Made by a program: the position numbers and the translations under genes
From: Octopus bimaculoides
Taxonomy: Eukaryota
Length of the DNA stretch: 63,537 bases
Assembly (NCBI RefSeq): GCF_001194135.2
Contig: NC_068987.1
Coordinates: forward strand, 108,321,054 to 108,384,590
Reading direction: 5' to 3'
The notes under the pieces: model-generated
Told to the model about the DNA's origin: nothing
Database searches by the model: none
What the model saw: only the letters and a program-made list of their open reading frames with translations
In this document: positions 53,797 through 63,537 of the stretch, piece after piece
Layout of the letters: the number at the start of each line of letters is the position of its first letter
Position numbering within the stretch: position 1 is the first letter of the stretch

Positions 53797-54960
53797 AGGG
53801 TGCGTAATGTATTTGAGGACAAAACTGTTGTTTTAGAAAAACATATAACAGAAAACAACTTTATTATTGAAAAAGACATGTGCATATAAACTAGATTATC
53901 TTCTTTATAATATGATGTTATTCAATGTAGCTTCCTTCACCACCTATAACTGATTTTGTACGAGACCTAATTTGTCTTACAAGCCTGTATTTAGTGACCG
54001 TGATTCATATCGAACATTACTCTGGTCATGGCGGTCTTCAGAGAATTCTTGGCGCTATGCCGATGTTGATTGACTTCTCTTTCAACAACCCTCCACACGT
54101 AGTAGTGCAACGGATTTAGATTTGGTGAGTTTAGAGGCCAAATGTTAGAGACTATATGGTCATGAAAATTGTCATCCATCCATTCTTGAACTGAACATTC
54201 TGTGATGCGGCAGAGCCGTGCTGAAATATGAACAGGTCTTCCATTGCATACTCTGTCTATTCAGGGCTTGAAAACGTCTTCCAAAATTTCATTGCAAACA
54301 GCAGAGCTAACTCTAAGGCCCTGTCGAAAGAAGTGAGGAGGCATCATAGGTCCTTCATTACTGACAACTCCAAAAGCAATGACACTTTCAGGAAATTTTG
54401 TGTGTGTGACTGTCGACACTTCAAAGGGTCCGAACCTAACTATCTGTAATTCTTACTGTTAATCTTTTCCCTGGTCAAAGCTTTTCTCATTCGAAGAAAA
54501 GAAAATCATGTTTAATAATCTTTGAGATTTAATCAAATGATTTTCCTTTCTCTTTTCTAACATGAACTGACCTCCCTTCATCACGTTAGGCTTGTACTGT
54601 ATGTCTTCGTAGAAAGCATTTCTAATCTTCCCTCCTGACACATGGAGATCTTTTGCAATCGACCTCATGGATTTTCTGGGTTTTCAGACAATGATCTGCT
54701 GAAATTGTTGAATAAATTCAGGTGTTCTGATGGTATTGGGGCGTTGTGATGATGGTGATACCTTTCAATACTGGTGATACCTTTTCATCTGAGGCTTCTG
54801 ACTCCTTGCGATAATTGTGGTGGACAGATCTGGTGACTTTTAAAACCTGAGCTACCTCTAAACCGCTATGTTCAACCTATGAGCCACAATTACAGTATCC
54901 TTCTTTATTTCTTGATTAAGCTGAGTGTTTGCCATTATTATTTTCTGGAACGTAAATGAC
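53797..54960 (-). mobile_element. Degenerate maT/DD37D-type mariner transposon
   Basis: Minus strand from ATG at 54935 to TAA at 53918 with frameshifts and stops: SMRSIAKDLHVS, FFSSNEKSF, TKFPESVIAFGVVSNEG..MPPHFF..GLRV, WPLNSPNLNPLHYYVW, EGSYIE*. TA-TAGGGTG end near 53797. Confidence 0.85.
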
Positions 54961-55086
54961 ATAAAGTTAATTTAAAAACGGTAATAACTCAAGAATGTCA
55001 TATGTATAAATACACGAACACACATACATGCACATATACATATATAGATATATATAGAGAGAGAGAGATAGATATACATATACACA

Positions 55087-55171
<85 letters not shown>

Positions 55172-55380
55172 NNNNNNNNNNNNNNNNNNNNNNNNNNNNN
55201 NNNNNNNNNNNNNNNNNNNNNNNNNNNNNNNNNNNNNNNNNNNNNNNNNNNNNNNNNNNNNNNNNNNNNNNNNNNNNNNNNNNNATATATATATCTGTAT
55301 ATATATTCGTGTATATATAAATATATATACGTATATATATAAATACAAATATGTGTGTGTGTGTGTATGTGTGTCTGTGT

Positions 55381-55432
<52 letters not shown>

Positions 55433-56189
55433 TCATATATGTATGTATGAGTATATGTTTGCCACTGAGTTTCTCATTATGGATATTTTTCCGGTGAAAG
55501 TGCTCGTAGCTTTCTCTAATTACTAGAAAACTCTTGGTAATTCATTAATTGCTGAAGTAAAAACTTATCTGAAACATTCTAAAATGGTCCAGCATCCTCA
55601 CTCTCATCAGCTTCGTCTTTAGAACGCTATTGTTCTTATATGTTTGAAGTTCTCATTAGACATTTCTTCCCGAGTAATTCAATTATTTTCAGTTCACATT
55701 GTTTATTTCTTCAAATAATCCTACCTGATGCATCTGGCCAACAATTTCCTGTTGAACAGTATCTACCGGCTCCACTCTTTTGATAGACATTACTCCCGAT
55801 ACAATTCATTGTTGCTAACCATATCTTACAACAACACTATCAAAATTGAAATAGCATTTCGGATGTATATATAACCGAGACTAAAATCCATCACATATTT
55901 CACTTAAAGTAAATATAGGGTATGACTGTAGCAATAACTTCCTGATTTCTAGGCCGGATGAAGATGGTTATGTTTGTAGACTTGTATTGTTTCATTTATC
56001 CACGTTAGTCAGGTGACATGAAACATTTTCATTAGGATCCAATCATTTTCAACGCTTTCAGTCAGACAAATGAAAAATGCGAAATACTTTTCTTTGCATT
56101 TTGGTGTAAACGCAAAGTAAGCCAGTGAAGCAATCTGAGAGCATTGTTCTAATGGTCCTCTCGACTACCTACGTCATGAATGATCAATG

Positions 56190-56522
56190 GGTGGACCTAA
56201 GAGGTTCCTCTCCGTTGTACAAGTCTGGGCGGAAAGTCGCTTCACTTGCGAATACACAACCTAGTGTTGTTTTTATGGAAGACAAGCAGTCGCTCATGTA
56301 TACCAGCCTCCCCTCTCCACAGCACTGAGGTTATCCAAGGGAAAGCAAAGGCCGATACAGCTTTGCACCGGTGACGTCGGAACACTACAGCTGAGTGAAC
56401 TGGAGCAACGTGAAATAAAGTGTCTTGCTCAAGAACACAACACGCAACCCGGTCAGGGAATCGAACTCACATTCTCACAATCGTAAGCTCGACACGCTAA
56501 CCACTGAGCTATGCGCCTTCAC
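56190..56522 (-). mobile_element. tRNA-derived CORE-like SINE, family D
   Basis: Minus strand GTGAAGGCGCATAGCTCAGTGG...GAGTTCGATTCCC (A/B boxes), then TGTGTTCTTGAGCAAGACACTT; 3' boundary approximate. Confidence 0.75.
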
Positions 56523-56776
56523 TCTAATGATCCATTCCCTTTATATTTGCTGGTCATATAACAGGAAGTTGTGTTGTAGAGTAGCCTTTAGTTGAGATTA
56601 ATACTTTAGAAAGTTTAAATACTAGCAGTAGCACTATAGATGTCCTGAAGCATTGCTTCAAAGTCATACTAACTTTGGCATCCTTGAACCGTGTTGCTCC
56701 TTTGTCTTTAAAGATCTACGTTTTGACGTTCGTTTGCAAAACAACTCTGCCCCATCTTCGTTAAAATTTGCTGCAA

Positions 56777-57186
56777 TACTCTCTTTTACTCTCTTTTACT
56801 TGTTTCAGTCATTTGACTGTGGCCATGCTGGAGCACCGCCTTTAGTCGAGCAAATCGACCCCAGGACTTATTCTTTGTAAGCCTAGTATTTATTCTATCG
56901 ATCTCTTTTGTCGAACCGCTAAGTTACGGGGACGTAAGCACAACAGCATCGGTTGTCAACCGATGTTGGGGGGACAAACACAGACACACACACATACACA
57001 TATATGTATATACATATATATACGACGGGCTTCTTTCAGTTTCCGTCTACCAAATCCACTCACAAGACTTTGGTCGGCCCCAGGCTATAGTAGACGACAC
57101 TTGCCCAAGGTGCCACGCAGTGGGACTGAGCCCGGAACCATGTGGTTCGTAAGCAAGCTACTTACCACACAGCCACTCTTACGCCT
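56777..57186 (-). mobile_element. SINE family A, full length, inside the Tigger relic
   Basis: Highly similar to 15383-15777. Confidence 0.9.
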
Positions 57187-58999
57187 ATGTGTATCCTTCT
57201 TCATCAATATTTTTCTTTAATTTTGAAAAGCATTACAGCTTCTTCATTGGCACTTGACGACTCATTTATTATCTGTCTTACAATTCTGACTGATTCTTGA
57301 GACGCTGAATCCCAAATGACTAGTCGTGATGTTCTTCATTCTTAGAACATCTTTCTTAATCTTATGAAAGGGGCTTAGCACTGTTTGCTTCATTCAACAT
57401 ATGTTCTCTATACATATATTATCTGTTAATTCTGTAGCAACTAATGCTAGAACTCCTGAAGATGTTCTTTCGACATTTCTGTGAATTATTCACACAGAAG
57501 TCGCTCACACTCTGAGACGTTTATCGTCCATTTCTAAAACTTCACTATGCTTCTAATTTACTTTCTACTGTTACACTTTTCATCATTTTAGTTTCTTTGT
57601 TTTTATGTGCAATAGTGGTACCTAGAGCATGCTTATCGGCATTGCAACAAAGGTAAATCAAAAAATAAATTTTATCGTATCCCTATGTAATAAACATATT
57701 CATCGCTTCTATTCGCTTAATAGTCTTATTTTATATTTGTCAACTGGTCAGCTATTTAACCAATTAACTCATTGGTTGTTTGGTTAATCTTTCAGCCAAT
57801 CAATCAACCGTCTCGGTTTGTCAAAGTCTTTTCGTCGCCATTTAAAATCCATCAATAACATGCTCTGTCTACTACATATCTGCTTCAGGTCTTTGAAGCC
57901 AAAAGCTGTTAGGAACACTTCAAACTGAAACAACGATAAAAACCGATTGATTTTAAATCTCGAAGGCTTGTTAATTTTCTGTCATATTAAATGTTTTACT
58001 AAAATCAATAAACTCTACCTCTATAAAAATGTCTACCAGTTTCAAAACTAGCTCAGCTGTTTCGTTTCAATTTTTACACTTACCCATTTCCAAACTTACA
58101 TATTTATTTTTCCAGATTTCTTGTAATTTTCAGTTAACGCTATGCCCCAAAGGCCTGTAGAATATGAACTTGCTTATTAGAAAACTGGAATAGAAATATT
58201 TTCGGTCAGCATGTCGAAGAAAGTAGCGTTACTTATGAGAATATTAAATGGATTATTAAAGATGAAAGAAACGCTGCTTTAGAAATATGTTTCCTGTATC
58301 TGTTACATACAGTTTCATTCCTTTTGTTTTTTGCATTGCTATTCGTTGATTGATTTATATATATTTTAAGTATCGTTGTATCTTAAGGGCATTATATCGC
58401 CATCACGTAGACAAAAGAAAAAAACATTTTATCTTAAGTGAAAATCGTGAACGAAAAGAGAGTGAATGCTTAGTAACTTTATTCATGATAATTCTTTTTC
58501 TAATTTTGTGTAGGTACAAATGTATGTGCGCATGTGTATAACAAAAATATTCTCTACGAAAAAGATTAGAAAATACGAATCACGATGTATTATATACTAC
58601 TCATAAAATAATTTCATCGATCGGATCTTCTGGATCTAACTTACATGTATACTCCAAAATACACTTCTCTCTTTCGGATTACCATGTAGACTGTTAGCCG
58701 CGTCCGTTACAAGGGCTTTTCAGCGTGATAGCTGTACGATTCTCTGTGTTCACATATTATACAATTATGTATATATGGTGGTTTTCTACTCCTTATGCAG
58801 AGGCTAACCACCTCCCATACCTACATCTTAGATCCATCATGGCGTCTGATGTGGCTTTTAAAACCAGACAATGTTTTGAAAAGACACCCACATAGATTGC
58901 ATATCTGATCTGGACCACCAAGGGATGCAGTTCGATATCTTAAGTATTATTATATGCGTTTCACAGAGATATTAAACCACCAACTATTAAATGTGTACT

Positions 59000-59055
<56 letters not shown>

Positions 59056-59473
59056 TGTGTGTCTGTCTGTCTGTGTGTCTGTCTGTCTGTCTGTCTGTGT
59101 CTGTGTCTGTGTCTCTGTATATTTTCGTTATTATATTATTTGAAAACAGTGTTTTTGTTTGTTTTAAATCTGTACTAATAACATGACAGTGTGTAAGGTT
59201 TTCGTTATTATAATCTTATTTACATATTTTCGAATAGGTTTCTTCATTGTTCGTTTGGAACTGAAAAGTTAGCAAACACTTCATCAATCTATTTGAATAA
59301 AATGATTTGAGAATGCATTGCTCTCGGTTCATACTGTATGTGGCCAATGCAGTATAAAAGATAATTTACAAACGTGGTGAAAGATTTGCAGAACTTAATA
59401 TTTCAAATATCCTAAAAGTAATTAATGCAAAAATGTGAAAAGGGAAGGACGTTAGCAATTCTATATATGCGTA

Positions 59474-59475
<2 letters not shown>

Positions 59476-59541
<66 letters not shown>

Positions 59542-59543
59542 AT

Positions 59544-59612
<69 letters not shown>

Positions 59613-59675
59613 TTATCTATCTATTTATCATTCTATCTATCTAGCAAGCTAGCTAGCTATCATTCTATCTATCTA
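59476..59675. repeat. (TCTA)n tetranucleotide array
   Basis: Directly visible. Confidence 0.95.
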
Positions 59676-59834
59676 CCTCTGCATTTTGAAATCGAGTTAT
59701 TCTCAGTTTTAACTACTTTCTTTTCTTGCTGTGCAGTTACACATACTTTACGTTCGTATGAATGCTTGCACACACAAACACACACACACATACACGCACA
59801 CGCACATATATACACACATACATATATATTTCTG

Positions 59835-59870
<36 letters not shown>

Positions 59871-61081
59871 TGTATNNNNNNNNNNNNNNNNNNNNNNNNN
59901 NNNNNNNNNNNNNNNNNNNNNNNNNNNNNNNNNNNNNNNNNNNNNNNNNNNNNNNNNNNNNNNNNNNNNNNNNNNNNNNNNNNNNNNNNNNNNNNNNNNN
60001 NNNNNNNNNNNNNNNNNNNNNNNNNNNNNNNNNNNNNNNNNNNNNNNNNNNNNNNNNNNNNNNNNNNNNNNNNNNNNNNNNNNNNNNNNNNNNNNNNNNN
60101 NNNNNNNNNNNNNNNNNNNNNNNNNNNNNNNNNNNNNNNNNNNNNNNNNNNNNNNNNNNNNNNNNNNNNNNNNNNNNNNNNTGTGTATGCCTGTAAGAAG
60201 TTACTTCGTTAGTGTATATCAATATTCATGAATATATGTGCGTGTCCGCCTGCGTGTATGCTTGCCTATGTGAACGTGAAAGTGTACGTGATTACTTTAC
60301 AGTGTTACTCTGCGTGTGTCTTTGGTTTAAAGATTGGCCTTTGATGTAACGAAATCAAATCCACATAGGCCAATTGTGTCACAGGTCAAACCACAGCCAC
60401 CACGACTACATTCACACACACAGGCAAATGCTGACCACCCACCACCACTAATCTACTTCACCTCTACTACTCAAACGAAATTACTTATTGATTCAAAAGA
60501 CGCATCACTACATCTATCTCTAATTAGTAATTAACTTCTCTGTTTAATTGTTCTGTGTTGTAAAATGTTAGATAAGAACGTTGTAGTGTGTGTAGGGACT
60601 TGATAACGCGCTAGAAATTGGCGGTCAGATTCTATGGTTACTAATATATGCAAATCTGATGGTCAAACATTTTATGTATATATTTCTGCCATGCTTGTGC
60701 GTGTATTTTTTTTTTTTTTTAATAAATATAACTTTGAAATATTTAACCCCTCTCACAAGTAATTTCTTCCCAATATCGTGATACTGAATATTGTTGGATT
60801 GGTAAAATCGTTAGAGCGTCGAGTAAAGTGTCTTGTGATATTCCGTTACGTCCGTTTAAATTGCGAGATCAAGTCACACCCAAAGTCGATTTTACATTGC
60901 ATCCTTCTGGAATCAAAAAAATTATGAGTTTAGTTATGATGTTGCTTCTGTCTTCTCTTTTCTGTCATTTCGTCTCCCTTCCTCTTTTCTCCTTCTTCTA
61001 TTCTTCCTTTTCCATCTCTCCTTTTTCTGGAAGAACCGGTTTTAATCGGACCTGTAGAAGAAATGGTTTTGTTAGGGTTAA

Positions 61082-62067
61082 AATGGCCAAGACGAGAAGT
61101 ATCCCATGACGGATGATGCCGCTACGACATCATGCGAGTTGAAAGCCGTAGGAATAATAAGGCAAGACAAAATAGAAGTCAAATGCATTTTTTTCTCGAG
61201 CCCTAGGACTTACCAGACCACCCAGTTTCCATGGCTAAGATCATAACACACCCTTGAACATGACGCCATTCTATTGCAGGATTAAATACCAGCAATCTTG
61301 AGAGGATGGGAAAAGTTGCTTACATCGATCCTAGGACTTTACTGGTACTTTATTTTATCAAACCTGGACGAAATAAAGGGACAGATGGTTCTAATAGAAC
61401 TCAGAACGTAAAGAGCCGGCAGAAATGCCTCTAAACATTTTGTCGATGCGTGAACGATTCTTTTCTACTTTAGGGACAAGGCCAGAAATTTTTTGGTGGG
61501 GGGCGCCAGTCGATTAGATCGACCCCAGTATGCAACTAGTACTTAATTTATCGACCCCGAAAGCATGAAAGGCAAAGTCGACCCCGGTAGAATTTAAACT
61601 CAGAACAAAGACAGACGAAATACCGCTATACATTTCGCCCAGTGTACTAAACGTTTCTTATTTCTTTACTGCCTACAAGGGGCTACACACAGAGGGGACA
61701 AACAAGGACAGACAAACGGATTAAGTCGATTATATCTACCCCAGTGCGTAACTGGTACTTATTTAATCGACCCCGAAAGGATAAAACGCATAGTCGACTT
61801 CGGCGAAATTTGAACTCAGAACGTAACGGCAGACGAAATATCGCTAAGCATTTCCTCCAGCGTGCTAACGTTTCTGCCAGCTCGCCGCTTTAGACAAGTA
61901 ATGGTGGCCTTATGATTAATCCGTCCACAACAAAATTTGACGCATTGTAAGTATGTTAGGAATCCATTACCTGGCTTCAAAGAATGGCCAAGACGAGAAG
62001 CATGCCACGACGGATGATGCCGCTATGACATCATGAGAGTTGAGAACCGTAGGAATAATAAGGCAAG
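61082..62067 (+). repeat. 85 bp direct repeat pair
   Basis: 61082-61166 and 61983-62067 are closely similar, 901 bp apart. Confidence 0.85.
61458..61890 (-). mobile_element. Dimeric family C SINE
   Basis: Same junction (61658/61659); abuts an older C copy at about 61300-61457. Confidence 0.85.
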
Positions 62068-62627
62068 CCTTGACCATTCTTCAAAGTGGTAAGTTTGCTA
62101 TGTTGGAGTGAGGAGCAAAAGTTATATTGTTATAAAATCCAGGCGTTTTGGCTCAGTTCTTAGCACGTTTTTTTATTATCATCTCATTATCATTTTTTTA
62201 TTATTATATTATCGTTTTACCACAAGGATAGACAAAACAAATAATTTTCAAAGAAGAACCAGGCAAGAGACTAAATGCCCTTCCCTAAAGTTGCTGCTAC
62301 TCAATAGATCCAAAAATAATAATGGCTTCCACCATCGGTACAGAGCCTGAAATTTGGAGGAAGGAGTTACTCAGTTAAATCGACTCTGGTAATTAACTTG
62401 CAATTTATTCTATCGNNNNNNNNNNGGGGGGGGGTGAACGGCAAAGTTAGCCTCGCCGAGATTTGAACGCTGAACATTAAAATGCGTAAATAGAAAGAGA
62501 TATATAATTTTCCCTTACTTTAATTTAGTCTTCTCCGTTGATGATCTTTAAAATATTAATAATTATCAAGTTCATCTGAAGGTCTTTTAATTAACGGTCG
62601 GCATGATGACAACTGGGTTTTCATCAA

Positions 62628-62859
62628 CGAGCTGACAGAAACGTTAGCACGCCGGGCGAAATGCTTAGCGGTATTTCGTCTGCCGTTACGTTCTGAGTTC
62701 AAATTCCTCCGAGGTCGACTTTGCCTTTTATCCTTTCGGGATCGATAAATAGAGTACCAGTTACGCACTGGGGTCGATGTAATCGACTTAATCCCTTTGT
62801 CTGTCCTTGTTTGTCCCCTCTATGTTTAGCCCTTTGTGAACAATAAAGAAATAAGAAAC
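62628..62859 (+). mobile_element. Family C SINE monomer with the second tail type
   Basis: Corresponds to the 5' unit of the dimers and ends AAAGAAATAAGAAAC; another copy at about 5328-5510 (-). Confidence 0.85.
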
Positions 62860-63537
62860 TTCTGGTCGTTTATATTTGGTTTCTTGTGAAAACTCGGAAC
62901 TAGCAATGAGTGGAGTCATATACTCAGCGGACTGAACACAGACAGAAATATCAAAATTCATAACACAAAGACGCATATATATACATGAATATGTGTGCGT
63001 GCGTGTGTGTATGTGTGCTTGTGTGTGCGTGTGCATGTATCAGTGGCGTATCTAGTAACTTGAGTCAGAACATGACATGCAATTTTTAAAATCAAGAGCA
63101 TGGAATAGAACTGGAGTAGGTGTGGTACATATGACATGGAAGTATCGCCTTCCAACCTGTCTCACACGTAATGAAAAGTTTACATATTAAAACCCGATTT
63201 GTTATTTTCATTCATTTTAGTAGCTTAGTTATGCATTCCAAGCCTTCCATCCACGGGTGAATCGTCACTGGTACGTGTGCGTGTGTGTGTTTTTCTTTTT
63301 TTTTGGGGGCGGGGTGCACGTGTATGTGTTTGTGCGAGTGTATGCACTGATATACATACGTATATGATTTCAGTTTTATTTCCTGGTGAAATGGATTATC
63401 TTATTCAAATTAATTGATTACAAATTCATAACAAACTTATTATATGCTTGATGTTGTTTAAGCTTGATCCCTGTAAACAGCTGGAGATCACAAAAATGAA
63501 ATTTCGAAATATCATTTGAAACTTTCTGTTTTGTTCT

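Larger units (their letters stand above)
55520..57620 (-). mobile_element. Decayed pogo/Tigger-like transposase interrupted by two SINEs
   Basis: In order on the minus strand: HTH-like KSVTVESKLEA..FRNG (about 57520-57600); FKDAKVSMTL..SNASG (about 56640-56690); NITIFIRPRNQEVIATVIPYIY (55903-55974), resembling NTTSLIQPMDQGVIATFKAYY. Boundaries approximate. Confidence 0.6.

Noticed and set aside
1-63537. CRISPR arrays, rRNA, prokaryotic operons
   Set aside because: No regularly spaced repeat-spacer array or rRNA-like sequence; the DNA is eukaryotic repeat-rich.

Overview
AT-rich, microsatellite-saturated eukaryotic DNA from a gapped draft scaffold. Repeat content suggests an octopus/coleoid cephalopod genome (inference from recalled SINE sequences, not a database hit). 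I could not identify a host protein-coding gene with confidence; nearly all long ORFs in the track are microsatellite or N-run artefacts. The window is a transposon graveyard: at least four tRNA-derived SINE families (one also moving as a TSD-flanked dimer), Tc1 (DD34E), maT/DD37D-type mariner, a mariner MITE, a pogo/Tigger relic, RTE and CRE-like LINE fragments, a Penelope-type RT fragment, and several foldback elements/MITEs. The most notable signal is a dispersed set of type I hammerhead ribozyme motifs: two with intact catalytic cores (5833-5906, 44792-44856) and several decayed ones. They share the short palindromic stem III architecture of Penelope-like element hammerheads but have different stem sequences, suggesting many independent ribozyme-carrying retroelement families.
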